A stretch of DNA of 64,000 bases from positions 19,426,661 through 19,490,660 of the forward strand of contig NC_057749.1 of assembly GCF_004010195.1 (NCBI RefSeq), written 5' to 3'. The DNA comes from Chiloscyllium plagiosum. Taxonomy: Eukaryota. This document shows, piece after piece, positions 1-12,203 of the stretch; within the stretch, counting starts at the first letter, position 1; each line of letters opens with the position of its first letter. The notes beneath the pieces are model-generated. The model made no database searches and was not told the origin of the DNA. It worked only from the letters and a program-made list of their open reading frames with translations. A program made the position numbers and the translations under genes.

Positions 1-22
1 GGGAGAGAGAGAGGGAGAGAGA

Positions 23-64
<42 letters not shown>

Positions 65-117
65 CAGAGAGAGGGACAGAGAGAGGGACAGAGAGAGGGA
101 CAGAGAGAGGGACAGAG
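1..117. repeat. (GA)n microsatellite grading into a 12-mer (GGGACAGAGAGA)n repeat
   Basis: Directly visible. Confidence 0.95.
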
Positions 118-383
118 AATCACAAAGTTGGTCCTTTATCTAAAAGCTGTTCCTTTTCTCAAGGATACTGTGTCTTTGATTTTTTTCAGAAGGGTCATAA
201 AACACTCCAGCCTCCGAATCGGCTGGGTTTGGTACAGAGGTGTAAGGGTATTGGGAGGCCTTTTTGTTTATATACAAAGGAATGAGACTTTAGGTTAAAG
301 CTTATGCTTTAGAAGTGACCTGTATAATGAAAGGTCAGCTCTGGAAGCTGAAGTCTTGGTGAGTCAGTTCAGTTGTGGAGTTT

Positions 384-571
384 AGATTAGAGTGATGCTG
401 GAAGAGCACAATAGGTCAGGCAGCATCCGAGGAACAGGAAAATCGATGTTTCGGGCAAAAGCCCTTCATCAGGAATGAAGGCAGGAAGCCTCCACGGTGG
501 AGAGATAAATGGGAGGGGGGTGGGGCTGGGGAGAAGGTAGCAAAGAGTACAATAGGTGGATGGGGGTGGGG
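384..571 (-). mobile_element. Penelope-like element 3' terminal (pLTR) fragment, family B, with decayed hammerhead motif
   Basis: Reverse complement matches the 3' ends of the PLE copies at 42114-42902 and 11348-12262; CUGAUGA-AGGGC-UUUU-GCCC-GAAA-CAUC at ~441-476. Confidence 0.8.
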
Positions 572-1740
572 AAGCTGTGTGAAAACAGGCTGCTGGACTC
601 TCTCTCCTTCTGCCCTTCTAACTTCAACCTGTAACCCTTTGTTTCATTTTTTTTGCTGGTGTTTAAGGAGTTTGTTTAGTGGGACTGTTGTGTATATGCA
701 GAACAGCATAATTAAGTCGAGTTTGGGATAGTCTAAGTTCTGTGGGTATTCTATATTCTGTTCTTTGTGTTTCATTTATTAATTTTGTGAATTCATTTTT
801 GTCAGTTTTAAAACCTGGAATTCAACCTAGCTAACTTACTATGGGTAGCTTTCACTGTACACTGACTGAAACAAATTGCAAAGTTACGGTCTGGGCTGCC
901 CACTTAAGAATGTTTTGAGTGGTCTGGCTTAACTAGGTAACCAACTACCACCGTGCTCAGGAGTAAGTGAGACATAAAAGATATTTACTCCAACAGTTTA
1001 CTTGGAGCTGTTGGGAGATACACTAGCATTTCTCTCCCCATGGAACTGCTCAGGCTGTCAATCACCAGTATGTACAAGACCAAGCGAAACAAACTAAGTT
1101 TTAATATATGTGTTCAAAATAGTAGTCAACATTGTTATCAGGTTACTACTGATCCGAAAATGTACTAAACTGCCATTTAACTACAGTATAGCTAGAAGTG
1201 CAGGTCAGAGGCAAGGAACTCTGCAGCAAATAACTCACTCTCATCTCCACAAAGCCCGTCCATCGTCTAGAAGATATAAATCAGAAGTTTGCAGAAATAC
1301 TTGCCATTTGCCCGAGTGACTGCAGCTCTAACAATACTCAAGTAGTTCAATAGCATCCATAATAAAGCTTCTACTGTCAGCATGGTCAACATGGGTGCAA
1401 GTTCCATGATTTTCATGAGTTATGGTAATCTGAATGCATTGCCTGAAAGGGTGGTTAAAGTATCAATTATGACTTTCAGAAGGGAATGGAATAATTATCT
1501 TATGATTGAATTTCCTGGACTCTGAGCATGGGAGTAGGACTATCTGGATAACTTTCAAAGAACATGTGTAGGCACCACAGGCTGTACAGCTTCCTCTTGC
1601 GCTGCAGTAATGTACAAACCTATAGGGGATTTGAGTGCCACTCACTAAGATGGTTTATACTATGACTGGGAATAGCAGGACAGTCCATTAAGACAATGAG
1701 ACAATAAAGCCCCATCAGCATCCCATCTGAACACACATAC

Positions 1741-1890
1741 CTCCAGCTGTCCATCCTCTGTGCAAGCATGGAGTTTAAAGTGCTGAATGCTAATGGCTGC
1801 CATCACGTGGCCCTTCCTTCGAGAGTCACATCGACAGTGTGGAAAAACTATCTGATTGTAGCCTTCACAAGTCCGAATCATGTTCAGGTA
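1741..1890 (-). CDS. SNX27: SNX27-like coding exon 9 (FERM F3)
   Basis: [50 protein letters not shown]; acceptor attgcag, donor GTATGT; 150 nt. Confidence 0.95.
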
Positions 1891-2025
1891 CTGCAATAAT
1901 AGACAGATATTTAGTGTCAGATTAATGAATGGCCTGCCAGCAAATCCCACTCCCCCACCAGCCCAACATTGTTTAATCCAATTCATCACTCGAACTAGAT
2001 TCAAATCTGCACTAATCTAATAAGA

Positions 2026-2190
2026 CAGACTTGCATTTATATAGTACCTCTCAGAACCTTAAGTAATCCCAAAATGCTTTGCAGCCAGCTATGAACTGAA
2101 GTGTGGCTAACCACATTAGCAAATGGGTGCACAGCAAGATCCCACAACTGCACAGTGGCAATACTGGAATAATCGTTTTCAGCAACACTG
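2026..2190 (-). mobile_element. Deu-domain SINE fragment (SacSINE1/AmnSINE1-like)
   Basis: gacttgcatttatatag...cacagcaagatcccaca is the reverse complement of the recalled DeuSINE 3' region; related copies at ~23183-23580, 36857-37170, 41905-42100, 44820-44940, 57500-57710. Confidence 0.6.
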
Positions 2191-2444
2191 GCTTAGAAAT
2201 GTTTTGGGATATCCTTACAATGTGAAAGGAACAATATAAATTCAGTGTTTCTCGTTCTTAATCCTGCACTTGCTGCCTCATCTATCTATCTCTGCCGACC
2301 CCCAATAATTCCCCATTCATCAATACATGGAATTCATATCTCGTCCATGAGTTCCTTCATTGACATTATTTCCTAGTTCAAGTAGCCAGTCATTCTCTGC
2401 TATCCCTCACAGCTCTGCGTTCAATCTCAGCCTCATCCATAAGA

Positions 2445-2628
2445 AAGCATAAAGCCATAAGACACAGTAGCAGAAATTAGCCCATCAAGTCTGCTCCGCC
2501 ATGCAATTATGACTGACACGTTTCTCAACCCCATTCTCCCACTTTCTCCACATAATCCTTGATCACCTTGATACTCAAGAACCTATCTATCCCAGTCTTA
2601 AATGGCCTGGTCTCCACGGCCATCTGTG
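2445..2628 (-). mobile_element. CR1 LINE 3' end fragment
   Basis: Matches the 3' UTR of the CR1 copies at 39955 and 47262-49672. Confidence 0.75.
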
Positions 2629-2984
2629 CCCTGGAAGGATTTCCCCGAAACACTCCACTATGCTGCTCTATGCCACTCATGAACAGATCATCAGGTCATT
2701 TATTTCATTGTTAAGGGACTGTAGGGAAGACAGACTGTCCAACCTTCTCACCCAAGAGCAGAACACTAGCTGGTTCTCCTGTGTGTGCTGTGGGTTCAAC
2801 AGCCTTGATGTACTGGGCTGGACAATACAGTGGCAAATTTCATCTCAGTTGCAGGTGTTGTTTTAAACAAGCAGAAGGTGCAAAACCTCCCAGTAACTCA
2901 GCAGGTAGCAGCACAATGGCCAGTTTGAGGCTGACCTATTCCTGTGTACAACTGGAAACTTGCAACTCCAACATTATGACATGA

Positions 2985-5705
2985 TTTGGAGAGGCCGGTG
3001 TTGGACTGGGGTGTACAAAGTTAAAAATCACAACCCCAGGTTATAGTCCAACAGGTTTATTTGGAGGCACCAGCTTTTGGAGCGCAGCTCCTTTATCGGG
3101 TGGTTGTGGAGAATAAGATTGTAAGACACAGAATTTATAGCAAAAGTTTACAGTGTGATGTAACTGAAAATATATATTGAAATAGACCTGGACTGTTTGT
3201 TAAGTCTCTCAGCTTTTAGAATGACCATGTTGGCTTCAGTTCTTCCGTATGTAAATCACAAAACCTCTTTTAAAAAGTTACATTCTCAAATGAGTTTTAA
3301 CAACTGGTGCCACATTGGCCCAGATAATGTATTGAAGGTGTTAGCTCCCTGTGAGGCGTCTGTGCCACAATGGTCAGACTGATTCTAATCTAAAAAACGG
3401 ATTTACAGAATCTTACATGTCTTCATGTAGTTTTTGAGTAAAGTAAATGTAATTCTGCAAGTACAAATTCAACCCACAAAGTGTCTGCGAGAGGGTGTGA
3501 GTGTGTAAAGGGGTTTAAATCTGTGAGAGCGTGTGTGTAGAAGTGTATGTGTGAGTGTATGACAGTGGGTGTGAGTGCGTGCATGCGTGCGTATATAAAG
3601 TGCAATGGAGTCACCTGTAGTGTGACATGAACCCAAGATCCCGGTTGAGGCCATCCCTATGGGTACCGAACTTGGCTATCAGCCTCTGCTCGGCCACTTT
3701 TCACTACTGCCTGTCCCGAAGTCCGCCTTGGAAGATGGTCATCCGAAGATCCAAGGTCAAATGTCCTGGACCGCTGAAGTGTTCTCCGACTGGGAGGGAA
3801 CACTCTTGTCTGTTTGTTCTGCAGTGTCCATTCATCCTTTGCCGTAGCCTCTGTTTGGTCTCGCCAATGTACCATGTCTCAGGGCATCCTTGTCTGCAGC
3901 GTATGAGATAGACAACGTTGGCTGAGTGGCATGAGTCCCTGCCACGTACATGGTAGGAGGTGTACCCACTCGTAATGATGGTATCAGTGTCGACACTCTT
4001 GCAGCGTCTTGCATGAGACAGGATTGTATGGAGTTGTCCTGAAAGCCGGACAGCTTGCTACAAACAATGATCTGTTTGAGGTTTGGTGGCTGTTTAAAGG
4101 CAAGAGGTGGAAGTGTGGGGAAGGTCTTGGCGAGATGCTCATCCTCATTGATAATGTGTTGCAGGCCGCGAAGAACATGGCATAGTTTTTCTGCTCCTGG
4201 GAAGTACTGGACAACAAAGGGTACCCTGTTGGTTGCAGCACGTCTGTCTCCTGAGGTGGTCATTACGGTTCCTTACTGTGGCACGTCTGAACTGGTGGTC
4301 GATGAGTTGGGCATCGTACCCCGTTCTTAACAGGGCATCCCTGAGTACTTCCAAGTGCCCATCACGTTCCTCATCTGAGCAAATCCTGTGTATGCATTGG
4401 GCTTATCCATAGGGGAAGGCTGTTTTCATGATTTGAGTGGAAGTTGGAGAAATGTATCAATGTAGAGAGAAATCACTGAAAAAACTACACAGTGATATCA
4501 ACAAGTTTCATCCCACCATCAAATTCACCATGGACTACACTCTACTATCTGTCTCATTCTTGGACACGTGCATGTCCATCAAGGATGGGCACCTCACTCT
4601 ACCACAAACCCATGGATAACCTCACGATGCTACATTTCACCAGCTTCCACTGGAAACATATTAAAACATCCATCGCCTATGGATAAGCCCTACACATACA
4701 CAGGATTTGTTCAGAGGAGGAAGAACGTGATGGGCACTTGGAAGTACTCAGGGATGCCCTCTTAAGAACAGGGTACGATGCCCAACTCATCGACCACCAG
4801 TTCAGACGTGCCACAGTGAGGAACTATAATGACCTCGTCAGGAGGCAGACATGTACTGCAACCAACAGGGTTGCCTTCGTTGTCCAGTACTTCCCAGGAG
4901 CAGAAAAACTACACCATGTTCTTCACGGCCTGCAACACATTATCAATGAGGATGAACACCTCGCCTTTAAACAGCCACCAAAACTCAAACAGATCATTGT
5001 TCGTAGCAAATTGCCTGGCTTTCAGGAGAATTCCATGCAACCCTGTCACGGTAGACGCTGTAAGACGTGTCAGAGTGTTGACACGGACACCTCCCACCAT
5101 GCACATGGCAGGGACTCATGCCACTTGGCCAACATTGTCTATCTCTCATACACTGCAGACAAGGATGCCCTGAGACATGGCACATTGGCGAGACCAAACA
5201 GAGGCTCCTAACCCCGCACACATACACATAAAAGTTTGTGGGTTGAATTTGTACTTGCAGAATTATATTTACTTTACTCAAAAACTGCATGAAGCCATGT
5301 AAGATTCTGTAAATCCGTTTTTTAGATTAGAATCAATCAGTCTGACCATTGTGGCACAGACGCCTCACAAGGAGCTAACACCTTCAATACTTTATCTGGG
5401 CCGACATGGCACCAATTGTTAAAGTTCACTTGAGAATGTAAAGTTCACTTTTTTAATAAAGTTTTGCGATTTACATACGAAAGAACTGAAGCCAACATGG
5501 TCATTCTAAAAGCTGAGAGACTTAGCAAACAATCCAGGTCTTTTTCAATATATAATTTCAGTTACATCACACTGTAAACTTTTGCTATAAATTCTGTGTC
5601 TTACAATCTTATTCTCCACAACCACCTGATGAAGGAGCGTCGCTCCGAAAGCTAGTGCTTCCAAATAAACCTATTGGACTACAATCTGGTGTTGTGTGAT
5701 TTTTA
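2985..5705. mobile_element. Penelope-like element (family A), inverted double copy with TSD
   Basis: Left arm (-, ~2985-4458) and right arm (+, ~4460-5705) encode degenerate RT7/thumb (SFLDT, LYHKP, IAYG), Cys linker (PCHGRRCKTC) and GIY-YIG remnants; the 3' UTRs are reverse complements; TSD attatgacat at 2973-2982 and 5706-5715. Confidence 0.88.
5623..5657 (+). ncRNA. Minimal type I hammerhead ribozyme motif (PLE family A)
   Basis: CAC-CUGAUGA-A-GGAGC-GUC-GCUCC-GAAA-GC-UA-GUG: intact core, 5-bp stem II, 3-bp stem I, palindromic AGCU helix III typical of dimeric PLE hammerheads. Confidence 0.75.
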
Positions 5706-6113
5706 ATTATGACATAAATAGATTCCAAAGTACTTCACTGGCTGTAAACCCTTTTGTAATGTCTGTAGGAAGTGAGAAGTATTATAGAAATGCACCCTCT
5801 TCCCCTTTTCAATACCCAGGACTTCAATCACAGCTTCAGTCATCTTTGTCTAACTCTACGGCTGCGCTATATCAGTTGTCATCATCTTGAAATCCACTGG
5901 GAATTACTGCCCCTTGAAGGTACTAAACAATTCACAAGGTGACTATCATTGGAAGAACTGGTTCAAGCCTTAGCCTTTTGGAAGTGGAATATCTGAATCA
6001 AGTCCTTTCCTGTGCGCCATTTCTGATAACTAACATTCTAAGCTGCAAGTTCTAACGATAAATTTTCCTGTTTTGTCAACGCATAAATATTAAACAAACA
6101 GGCAGGATCCTAC

Positions 6114-6203
6114 CATGACTTTTTTGTGCTGCTCCGACAGTTTCTGAAGCTGGTATGACTTATCGCCGACGCGAATCCGCCCTTTCTTTACGTCCTCCAC
6201 GGC
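6114..6203 (-). CDS. SNX27: SNX27-like coding exon 8 (FERM F2)
   Basis: Not in ORF track; AVEDVKKGRIRVGDKSYQLQKLSEQHKKVM; acceptor attgcag, donor GTAGGA; 90 nt. Confidence 0.93.
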
Positions 6204-8277
6204 CTGCAATTACAACACAGCTGCTGACTTATGGCAGTGACACACAGACCTGCAGTTATTATTACCACACAGAATAAAATAGCTTTTCACAAAATTCTAT
6301 ACGACTATTCCATCAGTAAATGCCTACAACATAAAGATACTTGTGCCTTTAACTCTGCCCTCTTCAACAGACCTGCTCCTCCATAGGCAGTTGTGCCTAG
6401 AGTTGCCTGAATTTTACAGTGGAGGTCAAGAGCCTTTATTACTTAAAGCTTTTTTTTGGTAAATATGGTTATTAGCAAGAAAACAAATTTTTTGACTTTA
6501 TAAAAATATAAAGTTATTGAAAATATAACAAATAATAAATACCAGTACAATAAAGAAAAATGCAACTTACAATACAACTACTGTTTACTAACTACCCTAT
6601 AATACAAAACCCTAACTGTGCAAAACACCACCAATAAATATGTAAGCGACTAATAAAACAAAAAAAAACACACAAAAACACAAAATAGCTATGCTCGGAG
6701 CAAAGCTCCCAAACAAAAAAAAAACGGGAGAATTGTATATGTACCCGTATTAACTCAGGAGCCCCCCTCCAGGGCCCAGGGCTCAGCAAACCACACCATC
6801 CTGGTTTAAACAAATGCCCTAGTTAAGATAGCTGACAAATCTATATCCAAATAACTCAAAAAGGACTGCCGTATTTTATAAAAGAGGTCTATTGTGTAGT
6901 GCACCATGTTTGTAAAAAAAATCCAAGAGAATGTATTCCATAATCAATTTCTGCCATCCCAGCAAGCCCGGTGGGTTCTCAGGCACCCAATTCATCAGAA
7001 TATTCTTCTGTGCACTGTAAGCAAGATTAAATAGTTTCTTCCCATGCCCATCTGAAGATGATAAATTCAGGAGAGAGATCAGGTCTACTTTAACTTCGGT
7101 TCTCAATACCCTCCCCATCACTCCAGCCATGGCGCTCCAATAAACATGGAGCCTCTGGCATGTCCAGAAACAATCGGCAAGAGTATCTACACTTATTTCA
7201 CATTTGGGACACATTGAAGATGTCCCTTCGCCAGATAGTCCGATGCCAGATGAATCCTGTGCAGAACATTTAACTGGATAGCGCTTGTCCTATTACAGGA
7301 TTAGATCTTTTGCATGTTTTCCCTTATGTCCTTCCAAGTTTCAGAAGAGATCTCCACTCTTAGCTCTTGCTCCCAGGCCTAAAATAACCAATTAATATCC
7401 TGCCAGGCCCTGCCACCCAGCAGGCGATAGAGGGCACTAACCGAGAGGGCGCTTATGGTACATAGCAACAACCTTTATCAGGCTTACAGGGCTTAGTGAA
7501 AAGCACAGTCATCTTCTGGATGAAATCCCTAACCTGAAAAAAAAAGGCAAAGATCTCATATTTGCGGCTCAGTTGCTCGAAAGACATCATAACCTCCCCC
7601 TCAAACAAGTTTCCCAGACTGGAAACTCCTCTCGCTGCCCATAGTTTGAACCCTGAGTCCATCATCCCTGGTCAGAACCCTGGCATACCAACTATGGGCG
7701 TAAGTGGCAAAGTCTTGGATAAGCAACCCTCACTCTGACATATTGTTCTCCATGCCTTGACTGTACTAATAACAATGGGGTTCTGGCCATGGTCCATAAC
7801 GGTCCTCATCTTATCCATAAACAGGTTAATAAGAGGGCACTTTGCCTGGGAGGCCTCAATATGCAGCCATATCGAGCCCGGATCATCACCTGCCCAATCG
7901 CACACAAAGGACAGCAGGGAACTCAACTGATACCTCCTGATGTCTAAGAAATCAACTCCTCCCCATCCTTTAGGCAACTGCAACTTAGTAAGTTTAAGGA
8001 GGGGCCACCCACAAAGCCAGACAAAGGAACGAAACCAACCCATAAGTTTCCACAGCGATGACCTGGAAACATTAGAGGGAGCATAGGCATGGGATAAAGC
8101 AAACGAGGAAGGACATTCATCTTAATGAGGGTTATTCAGCCCAACCATGAAATTGGAAAAGCCTGTCATCTCTGGAGATCCTGCCTAATATGGTCGAGCA
8201 CGTGAGCGAAGTTAGTCCAAATTAGCAAGTGAGTCCGAAATAACTTATCAAATATGGGCGTAATAAAAATGCCGAGG

Positions 8278-8396
8278 AATCCTGATGAAGGGCTTCTGCC
8301 CGAATCGTCAAATCTGCTGCTCCTCGGATGCTGCCTGACCTGCTGTGCTTTTCCAGCACTACACTCCTGACTCGATCTCCAGTCCTCACTTTCTCC
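8278..8396 (+). mobile_element. PLE family B terminal fragment (hammerhead plus tail) inside the L1
   Basis: cctgatgaagggcttctgcccgaatcgtc...gatgctgcctgacctgctgtgcttttccagc...cctcactttctcc. Confidence 0.85.
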
Positions 8397-9997
8397 CTTC
8401 TATTTTAGCCCACCTGTCCTCACAACCTTCAGATCGATACAATTCAGAGTAAAAACTCCGAAAAGCCTCATTAATCCTTTTGGCATCGTATGTAAGGACC
8501 CCCAGTGCTGTCTCTAATTGCAGTAATGGATCGGGGAGCATGCTTTTTCCTAGTCAGATATGCTAAATACTTCACTGGCCTATCCCCATACTCGAACAGC
8601 CTTTGCCTAAAAAAAAGGCAAGTTCTTTCTTTGCAGTTTGTGTCAGTACTGAATTCAAGACAGCCCAGAGGGCCATGATTTGCTGTAGCTTAGTCACCAA
8701 AAGCTGTGCAAAATGTGCCACCTCGGTGGATTTCAACCGCATCTCAAGCGGACACTGCTGTTCCCCCTTCTGTCATTTCCTGCTAGCCAAATAGGGAATA
8801 GCTAATCCCCTAGCAAAGGCCTTAGCGGTCTCCCATAGCATAGACGGACAACTAGCCGTGCCTGAGTTGATAGTCAAGAATTCCTGAAACTCATTCAAAA
8901 AGTATTCCACAAATTTGGAATCCTTAAGGAGAAAAGGGTCCAAACGCCAGTGCCACAAACCTAGCCCCTCACTCTTGGCCTTAACCTCCAAACATACCGT
9001 TGGGTGATCAGAAACAGCTATTTTACAACCCATAATCGATCCAGAAGGGTCGAGGGAGCCAGAAAGAGATCAATCCTCGAGTGACATTTATGTGGGTTTG
9101 AAAAAAGGTGATGTTCCTGCCGGTAGGATGAAGACATCTCTAAATATCCACCAGCCCCAACTCCTCACATAAGTCAGTCACCTGCTTGGCCTGCAAAGAA
9201 ATAGTTGGGGGTCCACTGGGCATCCCGTCCACTGTCAGATCCAGAAGGTAATTAATGTCCCCCTCCTACAATAATGTGCTGTGTTCCAAAGTCGCTCACC
9301 AAAGATTTGAGGGGATGCGGAGGACAGGAGACATTTAAAATGCCATATTCCTCCCCATGTATCAGGGCCTTGAGTATCACAAACCGTTCTTGCTCATCTT
9401 TCACCTGCTCTAATAATGTGAATGGAAGATTTTTCTGGATAAGTACCACCACTCCCCTACTTTTAGTAAAAAAGGATGAAAAGAATACCCGGTCATAACC
9501 CCTCTGTTGTAACTTCAGGTGTTGCCCATCATCAAGATGGGTTTCCTGCAACAAAGTGATATCAACCTTTTCCCTCTTCAGGCTAGAAAGTATTTTTTTT
9601 CCTTTTAACAGGCAAATGACTTCCCTTGATGTTCCAGGTGCACCCAGGTTGGACCTGAGCACAGATCTCCTCACGGATCTCAACTACAGCCCCAACCTTC
9701 GAGGTAAGTCTCACCATCACTGCCACCAATTCCCGTGAGTCTGTCAGGTCCCCTGGGGTTTCAGGAGAGGCTGATGCTGTGGCCACTGGTGTGCCTGGTG
9801 CTGCAGGGGAGTGTCCTCCCTGCTGCTGTTTGCTCGCTCCTTTTCCTTTTGGCATCCTTCCCACTCCCAAGTATTAATGAATGTGTTCTATAAGGTTTTA
9901 AGCTAATAGTTCCTCAACATAAGTTGGCCAGGGATGGCAAAAAACATCAATATGCCTTGGCTGTTAGGCAGAGCCATACACGGCAGTTCTACAGAAT

Positions 9998-10010
9998 CGC
10001 CGCCATCTTG
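9998..10010 (-). promoter_or_regulatory. YY1-type motif at the L1 5' end
   Basis: CAAGATGGCGGCG about 10 nt inside the apparent L1 5' end. Confidence 0.55.
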
Positions 10011-11018
10011 CAGATTCTCAAAAAAAAAGCTCTCTCTTAAAAAAAAGATTTGCCTAAAATAAAAACTTCTTGGGGGGGGGCGGCGTCACAGGTTGGGAAT
10101 TTTACATTGCTAAACCAAATATTTGACAAATGGCCAAGCAAGATATATATATTAAATTTATGTTACAATGGAAAAGAAATCAAAACTACAATAGATAGAA
10201 TTCTGATTTATTCATTTGTTATGATTTTGTGAAAAATGCTGAGTGAAATTGTTTGTGTGGAATTAAAACAATTTCTTCAGTTATTTATTCTTGAGATAAT
10301 AAAAGCTTCTAATAGGAAATTATGAATAATTTATTGTCTCTGACATAATCAAAACAATAATCACTACAACCGCAAGACTAGGTCCTCAAACCAGAGTTAT
10401 CTATAACCATCTGAAGGGTTACTGACTTAAAACCTTAACTCACTTTTCTTCTCCACAGATGCTGCCAGATCTGCTGAGTGTCTCCAGCAATTTCTGTTTC
10501 TGATACCATGTTTAGCTATACTACCCCCACGGATACAGAGCGTTATGTTAAATTAAATTACCATTTCAACCTTTAAAATGCAGCATAATGATTAATCTTT
10601 CACCTGCATAATAAAAATTTTTTTTTAAAATATTACTGTTTCAACTGGTAAAGACAAAGTTAGACAAAGTGTCGAAGAGTCACAGGTTGCAAACCTCTGC
10701 ACTAAACTTTGAGATCCTCTCTGTTTCTTTATCCTCCGTTAATTCCTTACTCCAACTCAGCTTTTCTGCATCATAAGGTTGCAACTAGCTAGGTGTTGAA
10801 TATTTTTGATAATGCTCCTGTGAAGAACCTTGGGACATCGAAGGCACTATACAAGGACAGTTATTGTTGGATGCTTGCCATTTGGGAACTTGCCACAAGT
10901 CTAGGAACTTTTTTTTTGAGAAAATAGCACAGTTGGAAAGGGACTACGCTCCAATGTATCTCACTGCAGGATTAAGATCAGGAATTATTAACACACAAAC
11001 ATATGCATCAAACATATG

Positions 11019-11115
11019 CCACCTCAAAACGGACCCCGTCACCAAGGATATATTTCCCTCCCCACCCCTATCAGCGTTCCGGAAAGACCACTCCCTCCGC
11101 GACTCCCTTGTTCAG
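11019..11115 (+). mobile_element. Isolated internal PLE family B fragment
   Basis: HLKTDPVTKDIFPSPPLSAFRKDHSLRDSLV matches the 42114 copy. Confidence 0.8.
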
Positions 11116-11658
11116 ATTCAACTCCAGAAATCTAACTCAAATCTAGACTGCCTCACCAATCCAGCACTAAGGGAATGCTGTGCTGTTGGAGACGCTATCT
11201 TTCAGTTGAGCAATTAAACTGAGACCCAAAATACCTTTTCAGTTGATTGTAAACAATGCCACACTTTTAAGTAGTGAGTGGTGTTTCTGGTTCATTTCAT
11301 TGTGCTCTGGAGGAGCCTGAAGCAGATTCCTGTTCAATTACCAATGCGGAACTGACTCCCACAGCTACCTAGATTATACCTCCTCCCACCCTGCCCCCTG
11401 TAAAAACACCATCCCATATTCCCAATTCCTTCGCCTTCGCCGCATCTGCTCCCAGGAGGACCAATTCCAATCCCGAACAACCCAGATGGCCTCCTTCTTC
11501 AAAGACCGCAATTTCTCCTCAGACGTGGTTGACGATGCTCTCCACCGCATCTCCTCCACTTCTCGCTCCTCCGCCCTTGAGCCCCGCCCCTCCAATCGCC
11601 ACCAGGACAGAACCCCACTAGTCCTCACCTACCACCCCACCAACCTCCAGATACATCG

Positions 11659-12050
11659 NNNNNNNNNNNNNNNNNNNNNNNNNNNNNNNNNNNNNNNNNN
11701 NNNNNNNNNNNNNNNNNNNNNNNNNNNNNNNNNNNNNNNNNNNNNNNNNNNNNNNNNNNNNNNNNNNNNNNNNNNNNNNNNNNNNNNNNNNNNNNNNNNN
11801 NNNNNNNNNNNNNNNNNNNNNNNNNNNNNNNNNNNNNNNNNNNNNNNNNNNNNNNNNNNNNNNNNNNNNNNNNNNNNNNNNNNNNNNNNNNNNNNNNNNN
11901 NNNNNNNNNNNNNNNNNNNNNNNNNNNNNNNNNNNNNNNNNNNNNNNNNNNNNNNNNNNNNNNNNNNNNNNNNNNNNNNNNNNNNNNNNNNNNNNNNNNN
12001 NNNNNNNNNNNNNNNNNNNNNNNNNNNNNNNNNNNNNNNNNNNNNNNNNN
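11659..12050. other. Assembly gap (N run)
   Basis: 392 Ns. Confidence 1.
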
Positions 12051-12167
12051 CCCTCTCCGGCCTATCACCCTCATCTTAACCTCCTTCCACCTATCGTATT
12101 CCCAACACCCCTCCCCCAAGTCCCTCCTCCCAACCTTTTATCTTAGCCTGCTTGGTACACCCTCCTC

Positions 12168-12203
12168 ATTCCTGAAGAAGGGCTTATGCCCGAAACGTCA
12201 ATT
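12168..12203 (+). ncRNA. Minimal hammerhead motif (PLE family B)
   Basis: CUGAAGA-A-GGGC-UUAU-GCCC-GAAA-CGUC; stem I weakened. Confidence 0.65.

Larger units (their letters stand above)
6450..10019 (-). mobile_element. L1-clade LINE with both ends but two large internal deletions
   Basis: 5'UTR, ORF1 N-terminus (MPKGKG...), APE endonuclease (TWNIKG, LLQETHL, SDH), WRLD/LWETAKA, thumb (LGIF, IKMNVLPRLLY), C-terminal CPKC..CFWTC, 3'UTR and poly(A) (T-run 6450-6457); possible TSD aaagct at 6445-6450 and 10026-10031. Confidence 0.88.

Noticed and set aside
121..940. LTR-like non-coding segment around the 384-571 PLE fragment
   Set aside because: Termini and TSD could not be defined
3068..3102. 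Selection against hammerheads on the host-sense strand: this arm has several core mutations while its antisense twin at 5623 is intact
   Set aside because: Sense-strand copies at 25281 and 38256 have intact cores, and the sample is too small to claim a bias
11486..12119. Long ORFs of 197 and 164 aa
   Set aside because: They run through the N gap
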